A DNA stretch of 64,000 nucleotides from Candidatus Hydrogenedentota bacterium (GTDB lineage Bacteria; Hydrogenedentota; Hydrogenedentia; Hydrogenedentales; SLHB01), in the NCBI GenBank assembly GCA_963745075.1, contig CAVUWV010000024.1:160001-224000 (forward strand). The letters are read 5' to 3'. Below the pieces are notes generated by a model. That model did no database searches, was not told where the DNA came from, and worked only from the letters and a program-made list of their open reading frames with translations. The position numbers were made by a program, and so were the translations under genes. This document shows, piece by piece, positions 29,565-38,806 of the stretch. Positions within the stretch are counted from its first letter, which is position 1; every line of letters begins with the position of its first letter.

Positions 29565-30338
29565 ATGGCTGAGGCAGGCAAGCAGACAGTATTGGCAGTT
29601 ATTCCCGCTCGATTTGCCTCCACCCGATTCCCCGGAAAAATTATCGCCCCCCTCGCCGGCAAGCCCTTGGTGTGCCACACCTACGCCCGTACCTGTGACG
29701 CCCGTCTGCTTTCCAGCGTCGTCGTGGCCGTGGACCACCCGGACGTACGCAAAGCGGTGGAAGCCCACGGAATTCCGGTCATTATGACGCGCAATGACCA
29801 TCCCTCAGGCACCGACCGCATTGCCGAGGTTGCGGCCTCCCAGAACGCCGACATCATCGTCAACGTCCAGGGCGACGAACCCCTTATCGACCCGAACACC
29901 ATTGACGAAGCCGTCCAGGCCTTGCTCGACAACCCGGACGTTCCCATGGCCACGGCGCGCCGCGCGATCGGCGACCCCGAGGAGATCCAAGACCCCAATC
30001 TGGTGAAGGTGGTCTGCGACGAGCGCGGCCGGGCGCTGTACTTTTCCCGCTTTCCAATTCCTTTTGTACGGGATGTAAGGCCCGGCGAAGAGCCGGAAAG
30101 CTGTCGATGGCAGCATATCGGGCTCTATGCCTACCGGCGCGACTTTTTGATTCAGTATTCCCAGTGGCCCCAAACGCCATTGGAACGATTGGAAAAGCTC
30201 GAACAATTGCGGGTTCTCGAACACGGCTATCCCATCGCCGTGGTCGACACACAATACCGGAGTGTCGGGGTGGATACGCCGGAAGATTTGGAACGGGTGC
30301 GGACGATGCTCGAGGGGGCGCTGGAGGGAGCGGGGTAA
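29565..30338 (+). CDS. kdsB: 3-deoxy-manno-octulosonate cytidylyltransferase
   Basis: IPARFASTRFPGK, SGTDR, NVQGDEP, ALYFSR, LEQLR. Confidence 0.96.
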   Translation: MAEAGKQTVLAVIPARFASTRFPGKIIAPLAGKPLVCHTYARTCDARLLSSVVVAVDHPDVRKAVEAHGIPVIMTRNDHPSGTDRIAEVAASQNADIIVNVQGDEPLIDPNTIDEAVQALLDNPDVPMATARRAIGDPEEIQDPNLVKVVCDERGRALYFSRFPIPFVRDVRPGEEPESCRWQHIGLYAYRRDFLIQYSQWPQTPLERLEKLEQLRVLEHGYPIAVVDTQYRSVGVDTPEDLERVRTMLEGALEGAG

Positions 30339-32000
30339 ATGCCGAAATATGTCTTCATAACGGGCGGGGTGGTTTCATCGGTCGGCAAAGGCGTTGCCGC
30401 GGCCAGTCTCGGATTGCTCCTCGAGGCGCGCGGGCTCAAAGTCGCCATGATGAAGCTGGATCCCTACATCAACGTCGACCCCGGGACGATGAATCCCTTC
30501 GAACACGGCGAGGTGTTCGTAACCGACGACGGCGCGGAAACCGACCTCGACCTGGGGCACTACCAGCGATTTACCCACGCCAAATTATCGCAGAAGAGCA
30601 ACGTCACCACCGGCGGCATTTACCACACCGTCATCGAAAAGGAACGCCGCGGGGAGTATCTCGGCAAGACCGTCCAGGTGATTCCCCACATCACGGATGA
30701 AATCAAGCGCCGTATCCGCTCGCTAACCGCCGAGCCGGAAGACGATGCCGACATCGCGCTGATCGAAGTGGGGGGGACCGTCGGCGACATCGAGAGCCTG
30801 CCCTTCATGGAGGCCATTCGCCAGTTCAACCTGGACATGTATCCCGAGCCCTGCTGCAACATCCACGTGACCCTGCTGCCGTTTATCGATGCCGCCGGTG
30901 AACTCAAGACCAAACCCACCCAGCACAGCGTGCGCGCGCTCCGCGATATCGGTATCCAACCCCAAGTCATCATTTGCCGCAGCGGCACCCACGAACTGGG
31001 CCCGGAACAGCGCCGCAAGATAGCTATGTTCTGTAACGTGATCGAAGACGCCATCATTGGCGCCCCCGACGTGTCGCCCGTCTACGCAATTCCACTGAAT
31101 TTCAGACGTCAGCGTTTCGACGATATCGTCTTAAGAACGTTGGGCCTGGAAGCGCCGGAAGCCGACCTCAAAGCCTGGTCGTCGTTCGTGGATAAAATCA
31201 CCCATCCCGCCGACGAGGTCCGCATCGCTGCCGTCGGCAAATACGTCGACCACGACGACGCCTATAAGAGCATCAACGAGGCCTTCGCCCACGCGGGCGT
31301 CGCGAACGACTGCCGGGTACGGCTGGAATGGGTCGATTCCGAGGTCTTCGAGAACGGCACACTTCCCAAGGAAAAGCTCGCCGCCTTTGACGGCGTTCTG
31401 ATTGGCCCCGGCTTCGGTTCGCGCGGCATCGAGGGCAAGATCCGCGCCGTAAACTACGTTCGCACATCGGGCAAACCCTTCTTCGGGATTTGCCTTGGGA
31501 TGCAAATCGCCGTCATCGAACTCGCGCGGACCTGCCTTGGGCTTCCCAAAGCCAATTCCACCGAATTCGACACCGAAACCCCCGATCCGATTATTTCGCT
31601 CCTCTCCGAGCAGCGCGGCGTGCGCGACCTCGGCGGCACCATGCGTCTCGGCGCGTACCGCTGCGATTTGAAGGATAGTACCAAGGCCCGCGACGCGTAT
31701 GGCGAGCCGTCCATCGAAGAGCGCCATCGGCACCGCTACGAGTTTAACAACGCCTATCTTGAACGCCTCGAGCGGGAAGCGGGCCTCGTAGTCAGCGGCG
31801 TTCATCCGCGAAACGACCACGAACTCGTCGAAATCGTCGAGTTGCGGGACCATCCGTGGTTCTGCGGCGTGCAGTTTCACCCCGAGTTCACGAGCATGCC
31901 CCTGAGACCGCAACCCTTGTTCCGAGAATTCGTCCGAGCCGCGTTGGAGTACAAACGGTCCCGGAATCCATCGGAGGCCGGCGTCCCGTCCGGCGTCTGA
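30339..32000 (+). CDS. pyrG: CTP synthase
   Basis: KYVFITGGVVSSVGKG, KTKPTQHSV, GICLGMQ, QFHPEF. Confidence 0.98.
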   Translation: MPKYVFITGGVVSSVGKGVAAASLGLLLEARGLKVAMMKLDPYINVDPGTMNPFEHGEVFVTDDGAETDLDLGHYQRFTHAKLSQKSNVTTGGIYHTVIEKERRGEYLGKTVQVIPHITDEIKRRIRSLTAEPEDDADIALIEVGGTVGDIESLPFMEAIRQFNLDMYPEPCCNIHVTLLPFIDAAGELKTKPTQHSVRALRDIGIQPQVIICRSGTHELGPEQRRKIAMFCNVIEDAIIGAPDVSPVYAIPLNFRRQRFDDIVLRTLGLEAPEADLKAWSSFVDKITHPADEVRIAAVGKYVDHDDAYKSINEAFAHAGVANDCRVRLEWVDSEVFENGTLPKEKLAAFDGVLIGPGFGSRGIEGKIRAVNYVRTSGKPFFGICLGMQIAVIELARTCLGLPKANSTEFDTETPDPIISLLSEQRGVRDLGGTMRLGAYRCDLKDSTKARDAYGEPSIEERHRHRYEFNNAYLERLEREAGLVVSGVHPRNDHELVEIVELRDHPWFCGVQFHPEFTSMPLRPQPLFREFVRAALEYKRSRNPSEAGVPSGV

Positions 32001-32002
32001 AA

Positions 32003-34102
32003 ATGCAGACAGAACCCGAGCCCAACCTCTTGCTGCGATTGGCGCTTTCCTATCGCGAAAGTGTCGTGACGCGTTTGACCGAAGCCGAGGACGCGTTCGC
32101 GGTCGGCACGATCGACGAAGCGCAATTCGGCTCGACGTTACACCAGCTTCAGTCGGAGCGAAAGGTATCGGACGCCGCCATCGATCGGTTTCGAAGGCTG
32201 GCCCAGAAACGTGGGGAATCATTGCGTGCGGAATTGCGGGCCTGCCGGTATGAGCAGGCTCACCTGCCCGAGCGCGTCGCATCCCGAGAATTAACCCCGG
32301 CAATCGCCAACGACCGGAACCGGGCGTTGGCCGCCCGGATCGAAGACTTCCGCACCAAACTGCGCTACGCGGAGGCGAGTGTGCTCGCGAAGACCGCCGA
32401 GGAACTCGGTGGCTTCATCGATCTGCCCTTCGATCAATATGCCGCCAGCATTGCCGCTGCGTCCGCCGCCGCAGCCTTGCCCCCTCCGGCTCCTACGGGC
32501 AATCCCAAACGCTGGGAGTTGGCGGTCGCCATCATCGGAGCGGCGGTTTGCGCCGTATCCCTCTTCTTGCCTTGGGCCGTTCATGGTGGAAACACCGTTT
32601 CCCTCTTCTCGGGCGGCCTGGCTCGGACTTTGGGAGAGCCGAGCCATTACGTGGCGCTCGCCTGGATCGGGTACGGCGTGATGCCTTGGCTGGCCGTGGT
32701 GCTGCTGCTTCGCGCACGGGGCGCCGCGCTCGGGTGGAGTGTTCTGGGGACGGGACTTGTCATGCTTGCCGGCGCACTCACACCAATGCTGCTCGCGGGA
32801 GCCGACCGGGTCCACGAAGGGGATATCCTGCAGCTTTGGTCGGCCGTTCATCTTGGGCCCGCGATCTACGCCGGGTCCGCAATCCTGCTCATTGTCATAG
32901 GAGCGGCGCGCGTCAGTCCATGGGAAGATTCATTGGCCCACGCCCTGACCGTGTCGCTCGCCCTGGCCGGTACAGTTGCCGTCCTTGCCGGTCTGTTCGC
33001 CGTGTTCCTGTTTTTCGGCCCCCAAACGGGCAGCGTACAGTTCAGCGCGTCCCTGAGTGAAGGTGGAGACACTATACGCGTCGTATGCCGGAACGAGGGT
33101 CGCAACGCGATTTACGTGGCCGTACCATGGCCGGATGAAGATGCTGGCGCCCTCGTGGCTGCCAGCAGTGGACCCTTGTATGGTGTGCGCGTGGAGGTTC
33201 GCGAGGCGGAGGAGACGGAATTCAGTCCCTTGCCCTACTCCCAGAATCCCTGGAGCCTGCCGCAGACCCCACTACTGGAAGGACCAACCGTGGAGATCCC
33301 CCCGGGGATCGGCCAGGTCCTAATCCTCGATCTCAGACAATTGAGTGTCGTTGGCGCCGACGCTCAAGCCATCCGGCTCATATTCGTCCGGCGGAATGGC
33401 GCAGAAGTGAGCCGATTTGAAGCTTCCCTGCCGACTCGATACCTGTCGCCGACGCCCGAGACCCGAGTGCCAGTAACAGTTCCACGGCCGAACACCACGC
33501 CGCTTCCGAAGGGCAAGCCTGAACCGAAAACCAAGAAGGAAACAGCTCCGGAGTCCGTCGAGCGTGCGACCCCGCCCACCGGGTGGTTTGCTTTTGTCGG
33601 TGGCGTTGGCGACAAGGTAGCCATCGCGACGTGGGACGGTGCCGGCGTGTCGACCGGTTCCCGGCTGCTTGCTGCCGGCGACGCGATTGGGGAAGGGTGG
33701 TACCTGGTGTCCGTGGATTCCTCGTCCGGCGCGATTATCGTCCATCACGACCCTAGCGGAACCCAAGTCGATCTGCCGAAGGGCGAGCGAATGTCGTTCG
33801 GGAATGTCTCGCGTCGTGGGGATCGCTTAATTCTTCCGTTTCGGGAAGAAGGGGAAGAGGCGCCGGATCTCGTCGTCGGCCGGTTGATGACCGTATTCGC
33901 AGATCTCGAAGGCCTCGGCGTATCGCACTTTCTTGGCCCGGTTGGGTCCGTACCACTTCTTGAGACCGGGCTGCGCGATTTTCGCATGGGACACGAAGAA
34001 TCCGTCCCACGCTTCCCTCAACCATGTCCGTCGCGCCTGGGGGTCTTCCGGAACGGAATCCAATTGCCCCTGCAACCATGGCAGCCACTCGTAGACCTGT
34101 GA
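32003..34102 (+). CDS. Hypothetical membrane protein (coiled-coil N-terminus, ~5 TM, extracytoplasmic domain); true end possibly 33830
   Basis: Starts 2 nt after the pyrG stop. As read it overlaps the opposite-strand deacetylase by ~275 nt; removing one base near 33800 would stop it at TAA 33828-33830. Confidence 0.6.
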   Translation: MQTEPEPNLLLRLALSYRESVVTRLTEAEDAFAVGTIDEAQFGSTLHQLQSERKVSDAAIDRFRRLAQKRGESLRAELRACRYEQAHLPERVASRELTPAIANDRNRALAARIEDFRTKLRYAEASVLAKTAEELGGFIDLPFDQYAASIAAASAAAALPPPAPTGNPKRWELAVAIIGAAVCAVSLFLPWAVHGGNTVSLFSGGLARTLGEPSHYVALAWIGYGVMPWLAVVLLLRARGAALGWSVLGTGLVMLAGALTPMLLAGADRVHEGDILQLWSAVHLGPAIYAGSAILLIVIGAARVSPWEDSLAHALTVSLALAGTVAVLAGLFAVFLFFGPQTGSVQFSASLSEGGDTIRVVCRNEGRNAIYVAVPWPDEDAGALVAASSGPLYGVRVEVREAEETEFSPLPYSQNPWSLPQTPLLEGPTVEIPPGIGQVLILDLRQLSVVGADAQAIRLIFVRRNGAEVSRFEASLPTRYLSPTPETRVPVTVPRPNTTPLPKGKPEPKTKKETAPESVERATPPTGWFAFVGGVGDKVAIATWDGAGVSTGSRLLAAGDAIGEGWYLVSVDSSSGAIIVHHDPSGTQVDLPKGERMSFGNVSRRGDRLILPFREEGEEAPDLVVGRLMTVFADLEGLGVSHFLGPVGSVPLLETGLRDFRMGHEESVPRFPQPCPSRLGVFRNGIQLPLQPWQPLVDL

Positions 34103-34648
34103 TTCCATGGCGTCCAGCATGTGCAACTTCGTTTCCATCACATCCGTCACATCGACCGCGATATCGGCTCGAAACGGGATGGGGCGCTGAAACGCGTCGA
34201 CCATGTACAAAAAAACCGGATTGCGCTCCAGTCGCGGTGCCTCCGGACAAAATCCGGGGACCGTAACCATGAAGGCCGCGTCTTGGACCAGAAGCGACGT
34301 GTATCGATGGTCCGGGTGGTAATCGTTGGTCCGGTGAGTCAGGACGATGTCCGCTTCCCAGCGACGGATGATGCGAACGACTTCTTTGCGGGCCTCGAGC
34401 GTGGCCTCCAATTCCCCATCATGATAGCCGAGGATCAGTTCCTGCACGCCGCCGCGCTCCGCCGACAGCCGGGCTTCCGCCATCCTCCGTTGCGCAAGTA
34501 CGCCCCCCGACCCGGCGTAGTGGCCAATGTCGCCGTTCGTCATCGAAACGAAAAGCACCCGGTGCCCCGCACGAGCCCACAGGACGGCTGTGCCGCCCAC
34601 GAAACATTCACAATCGTCGGGATGAGCGCCTACGCAGACAATGTTCAT
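33827..34648 (-). CDS. PIG-L/LmbE-family deacetylase
   Basis: GAHPDDCE, TNGD.G, HPDH. Confidence 0.92.
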   Translation of the reverse strand: MNIVCVGAHPDDCECFVGGTAVLWARAGHRVLFVSMTNGDIGHYAGSGGVLAQRRMAEARLSAERGGVQELILGYHDGELEATLEARKEVVRIIRRWEADIVLTHRTNDYHPDHRYTSLLVQDAAFMVTVPGFCPEAPRLERNPVFLYMVDAFQRPIPFRADIAVDVTDVMETKLHMLDAMESQVYEWLPWLQGQLDSVPEDPQARRTWLREAWDGFFVSHAKIAQPGLKKWYGPNRAKKVRYAEAFEICEYGHQPADDEIRRLFPFFPKRKN

Positions 34649-35367
34649 GGTTGCGAGGTATCAGCCGACCCTGCCGAGTCCGGAGCCTCGGGCGTACTGG
34701 TCGCCGAAGTGCCGGGCGCGCCGGATTCACTCTCACCGCCACCCGTTATCGTAACGCGGATCGGATTGCATTGCACGGCTTTGGTCGAAATATCCGAGGT
34801 TGCACTGTGCGGATCGATGACGTTCTCATGGGTTCCTTCAGGCAACAGGAAAAGCTCCCCGTCGATCGTGGCGAGGAAGGTTTTCGGGATGTGGTCGAAT
34901 GCTGAAAACAGATCGACAGTAACCTCCACGTCACTGTGTCTTGTGTCCTTTCCAAAAACACCTTCGATGCTGCCTACGGACTTCCCATCAACCATGATGT
35001 TGGCCCGCAATACCACCGGCGTCTGATCGAAGTCCCGGCTCGCCATCACCCGGTACACCGCATTCAGTTGCTTTGGAATTGGCGGCGTTATGTCGACATT
35101 CACTATCGACAAACGGTTCCGGCGGTTGTCAACTTCGTCAACCTTGACGTTTTCAGCGTACGAATCCTTAGCAATCCGGGCTTCCACCCAGATGCCTTGT
35201 TCGGCATCGCCAATGTCCGTCTTGACCGGTACGGACGTACTCGTTTCGACCGATGAGAGATCGTTCAGGTCCAACCCCTGTTCGTCGTCGGGAGACCAGG
35301 GTTTCTTAGGCGTGCAAGCGCACATGGAAAGGATTACGACTGCTAAAGGTATGTATCGAAGCTTCAT
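34645..35367 (-). CDS. Hypothetical lipoprotein
   Basis: MKLRYIPLAVVILSMCAC lipobox-like signal; low-complexity C-terminus. Confidence 0.65.
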   Translation of the reverse strand: MKLRYIPLAVVILSMCACTPKKPWSPDDEQGLDLNDLSSVETSTSVPVKTDIGDAEQGIWVEARIAKDSYAENVKVDEVDNRRNRLSIVNVDITPPIPKQLNAVYRVMASRDFDQTPVVLRANIMVDGKSVGSIEGVFGKDTRHSDVEVTVDLFSAFDHIPKTFLATIDGELFLLPEGTHENVIDPHSATSDISTKAVQCNPIRVTITGGGESESGAPGTSATSTPEAPDSAGSADTSQP

Positions 35368-35472
35368 AACGACGTTCACCCGTATCAAAACTGCCGAAGA
35401 TTATCCAGCCACATAGGTCAACTCGCGGACATATTCCCACGAACCCGAATCATAGCAGTCGTTGGATGGAAA

Positions 35473-36195
35473 TTAAACATCCGTCCCGCCGACCGACGGG
35501 CTCGGCTTGCGGGGTGTCGGCACGGAGGCGTTCTGCAACGCGAAAAAGAATGCGTCGCGGTCCTTGTAGTCCGTGATAAATGTCGTGGCGCCCGCGTCTT
35601 GAAGGCGCTGCACATTCGATTCGTGGACGATGCCAACGAACCGCATTCCCAGCTCCGAGGCGGTCTGCACGTCCCACACCCCATCGCCAACGTAGATGAC
35701 TTCATCGGGTTCAATACCGCTTCGTTCGATTGCCACCTGCGCGATTTCGGCGCGCGAGATTCCGTCGTTGGCAAACGCGCCCGGCATCTGCGTGCCATCG
35801 ATGCCAATGCGGCCCAGTTTGAAGAGCGCCGTCTGACGCATTCCCCCGGTCGCCAGCGCGGCGCGAAGGTTCGCGGTTTCGGACATGCAGCGCAATACGT
35901 TGCGCGCGCCTGGAACGGAACGAAATTCCGCGGGCGCGCGGATAAATGCCCCTTCCAATTCCCGTTTGTAGTTGTCTTCGAACCGTTCAACTTCTTCGGC
36001 ACTCAACGACCCTCCACGATCCTCGTCGAGCAGTTCATGGAGAATGCCCACATCTGTTACGTGATTGTACCGGTGCCAATCGGTCGTTGGGATTTCCCGC
36101 CGGAATGTCTTCCGGAACGCCTTGGCGTAGCACGTGTTGTCAATCTGGCTCGTCGCTGTGAGCGTTCCGTCGATATCGAATAGGACAAGCTGCAC
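35473..36195 (-). CDS. HAD-family hydrolase
   Basis: LFDIDGTL, LATG, YVGDGVWD; GTG start inferred. Confidence 0.88.
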   Translation of the reverse strand: MQLVLFDIDGTLTATSQIDNTCYAKAFRKTFRREIPTTDWHRYNHVTDVGILHELLDEDRGGSLSAEEVERFEDNYKRELEGAFIRAPAEFRSVPGARNVLRCMSETANLRAALATGGMRQTALFKLGRIGIDGTQMPGAFANDGISRAEIAQVAIERSGIEPDEVIYVGDGVWDVQTASELGMRFVGIVHESNVQRLQDAGATTFITDYKDRDAFFFALQNASVPTPRKPSPSVGGTDV

Positions 36196-36244
36196 GCTGC
36201 AAAACCTTTCTGCGTATCGGAGTCTGCCGGAACGAATGGCTCCC

Positions 36245-36565
36245 TCAGGAGTCTTCCCGATTCTTCGTCGCGTTCGACCCGGTCGAATTCGACTGGGCTT
36301 CTCGCAGGGCACGCCGAAACTCTTCGTCACCGAGCGTTTCCATAAATACATCTCGTTCCATAATTGTACGCTCCGCCCGGATAAAACGTAGATCGACCAG
36401 AACGCAGAAGAGCACAACCAGGAACAACAGCAAAAACAGGCCCCAATACCCCAGAAACAACCACGGAGAAACGACAGACGCTTTTAACTTGACGCCGAAC
36501 AACACCATCGCGCCGCAACACGCGAGGCAGATTCCTCCTACCAGACGCCAATGAGCCTGTTTCAC
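36245..36565 (-). CDS. Small two-TM membrane protein
   Basis: Two hydrophobic segments and a charged tail; AAGGA upstream. Confidence 0.65.
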   Translation of the reverse strand: MKQAHWRLVGGICLACCGAMVLFGVKLKASVVSPWLFLGYWGLFLLLFLVVLFCVLVDLRFIRAERTIMERDVFMETLGDEEFRRALREAQSNSTGSNATKNREDS

Positions 36566-36670
36566 TTCCGCAAGTCCTTACAGGTTCAAATCGTTATCCC
36601 GTTTCCGGGACACCACTTCAGAATCACAGCGTCTTCAGAACGAAGACGCTGTGATTTGACCGATCATTGC

Positions 36671-37087
36671 TCAAGACTCCGGAACCCACACCCGCTCCTC
36701 GTAGGTTTCCCCGGATTCCGTCTTGACCGTTCTTGTTTCCCAATGTCCGGCCTGGGCTTGCGACGTTGGAGCGGGCGCTGGAGCAGGCTGCTGCGGCGGC
36801 GGAGCTTGCTGTACCTGCTGCGTCTGCTGCTGCCTCGCCCGGCGGTCGCGGTGTTCGTCCACTTGGTCCCCGATAAGCGCACCCGTGAGGGCGCCGACAC
36901 CCGCGCCGATCAGGGCCCCTTCGCCAGACCGTCCGTGGGATTGGTTACCGATGATTGCACCGGCCCCCGCTCCCAGCATGCCACCCGCGACCGCGCCTTC
37001 CTGCGTAGGAGTCGTATTGCAGCCCGTAAAGCCTCCCAAAACGAGGGCCATCAGGGCGATTCCCATCGTCGTTCGATTCATAGTCAT
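36671..37087 (-). CDS. Glycine-zipper lipoprotein
   Basis: FTGC lipobox, GAVAGGMLGAGAGAIIG...GALIGAGVGALTGALIGD; GGAGG RBS. Confidence 0.85.
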   Translation of the reverse strand: MTMNRTTMGIALMALVLGGFTGCNTTPTQEGAVAGGMLGAGAGAIIGNQSHGRSGEGALIGAGVGALTGALIGDQVDEHRDRRARQQQTQQVQQAPPPQQPAPAPAPTSQAQAGHWETRTVKTESGETYEERVWVPES

Positions 37088-37119
37088 TAGGGAACACCTC
37101 CCGGACCTTCTTGCTGTCA

Positions 37120-37365
37120 CTATTTGTTCTCTTTGTCTTTATGTTCGTCTACTTGATCGCCGATCAGGGCCCCACCGAGGGCGCCAACACCCGCGCCAAT
37201 CAGGGCCCCTTCACCGGTCTTGCCGGACTGGTTGCCGATTATCGCGCCGGCGCCAGCACCGACCGCGCCACCGGTCATGGCGCCTTTTTGGGTAGGGGTA
37301 GTGTTACAGCCGAAAGCTACGCTCGCGGCTAACACCGCTACGATCGTAAGAACACGTGTAACCAT
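37120..37365 (-). CDS. Glycine-zipper lipoprotein (tandem paralog)
   Basis: AFGC lipobox, CNTTPTQKGA...GALIGDQVDEH, near-identical core to its neighbour. Confidence 0.85.
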   Translation of the reverse strand: MVTRVLTIVAVLAASVAFGCNTTPTQKGAMTGGAVGAGAGAIIGNQSGKTGEGALIGAGVGALGGALIGDQVDEHKDKENK

Positions 37366-37537
37366 GGCTCCTAATCCTCGCTTTTCAAGTTTGCACACCT
37401 ACTCAAGTCTACCATATTTTGCGTACGTTGTTACCGCTTCACTGCCGAATAAGACGAAATGTGGTGTCGGCTATTCACGGATAACTTATCCCACCGAAAC
37501 GTCTTAAGTTTCGCATTCCGAAGCGGTGATTCGCTCG

Positions 37538-37566
37538 TTGCACTTCCGCGGCAGTACCGGTATAGT
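37538..37566 (+). promoter_or_regulatory. sigma70 promoter, near-leaderless, for amrB
   Basis: TTGCAC-17-TATAGT; ATG 9 nt downstream, no SD. Confidence 0.55.
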
Positions 37567-37575
37567 ATCGCCATC

Positions 37576-38805
37576 ATGCCATTACCCCCGCTGCGATTTG
37601 TCGATGTCTCCCAATTGGAACATGAAGGTCAGATTTTGGTTTGCCTACGCGATCCCGAAGGCATCGTCAGCGACCCGGTCGTTATCAGTCCTGCGGGCTT
37701 CTTTATCGCTTCCTTACTCGACGGCGAAAATGAAATCGCCGACATCCGCCGGGCCTTCGCCGACTCGACGGGAGGGCGCGCGTTGCGCGAGAGCGACGTG
37801 GAGCAGGTTGTTACGTTCCTCGACGAGCACGGTTTCCTGTTGACCCCCACGTTTGTCGAGAAACGCGATGCGGTCCATCAGGCATTCCACCAATCCGAGG
37901 TCCGTCCGGCGTACCTCGCAGGCCGTTCCTACCCCACAGATCCCGATGAACTCAGGACTTACGTGGACGGTCTTTTCACGCGCACCGAAGGGCCCGGGGA
38001 AGTGCCCGCCAGACCCTGCGAGTCGGGCGAGCCCTTGCGCGGGCTCGTCGTTCCACATATCGACTTTGAACGGGGCGGCCACACGTACGCACACGGATTC
38101 ACCCGGATGGCCCAAGCCGGACGGCCCGACACGGTGGTCATCTTCGGTGTCGCCCACGCCGGACCGCCTGTCCCCTTTGTCATGACCCGAAAGGGATTTG
38201 AAACCCCCTTGGGCACCCTGGAAGTGGATCGCGAAATCATCGATGCGCTCACTCCCCAGGACGGTTGGGACCCCTTCGAACACGAAATCGTCCACCGAAC
38301 GGAACACTCCATCGAGTTTCAGGCGGTCATGCTCGCGTACCTCTACGGACCGGGCGTCAAGATCGTTCCCATCTTGTGCGGACCCTTCCTCTCCGAGCGG
38401 GAAGGGCTCGAACCGAATGTCGACGGGAGCGTTCGAGTATTCCTGGCAAATTGCCGCGACGTGATTGCCAATTGCGGCAAAACCGTGACGGTAATCGCCA
38501 GCGCGGACTTGGCCCACGTCGGGCAGACTTTTGGCGACGATTTCGATATTGACGACGCAATTATCTCGCAGATCCGCGCGCGAGACCTCGATGACCTTAC
38601 CCATGTCACCGCCATGCAACCGGAAGACTGGTACCGTGCCGTCATGTTGGATGAGAACCAGCGTCGGGTCTGCGGCCTTAACTGCATCTACTCGACGATG
38701 AAATGCGTCGAAGGCACCGTCACCACCGGCAAACTCGTTCATTACGACTACGCCCCCGACCCCGCCGGCGGCATCGTCTCTTTCGCGAATCTGGTGCTCC
38801 CCTGA
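37576..38805 (+). CDS. amrB: AmmeMemoRadiSam protein B (MEMO1 family) with N-terminal PqqD/RRE-like extension
   Basis: AG.SYP, VPHID, GVAH, TPLG, EHSIEFQ, SADLAHVG, CG. Confidence 0.88.
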   Translation: MPLPPLRFVDVSQLEHEGQILVCLRDPEGIVSDPVVISPAGFFIASLLDGENEIADIRRAFADSTGGRALRESDVEQVVTFLDEHGFLLTPTFVEKRDAVHQAFHQSEVRPAYLAGRSYPTDPDELRTYVDGLFTRTEGPGEVPARPCESGEPLRGLVVPHIDFERGGHTYAHGFTRMAQAGRPDTVVIFGVAHAGPPVPFVMTRKGFETPLGTLEVDREIIDALTPQDGWDPFEHEIVHRTEHSIEFQAVMLAYLYGPGVKIVPILCGPFLSEREGLEPNVDGSVRVFLANCRDVIANCGKTVTVIASADLAHVGQTFGDDFDIDDAIISQIRARDLDDLTHVTAMQPEDWYRAVMLDENQRRVCGLNCIYSTMKCVEGTVTTGKLVHYDYAPDPAGGIVSFANLVLP

Positions 38806-38806
38806 T

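Noticed and set aside
33830..34102. Genuine 275-nt antisense gene overlap
   Set aside because: The tail reads as the antisense shadow of the deacetylase; a single +1 error explains it.
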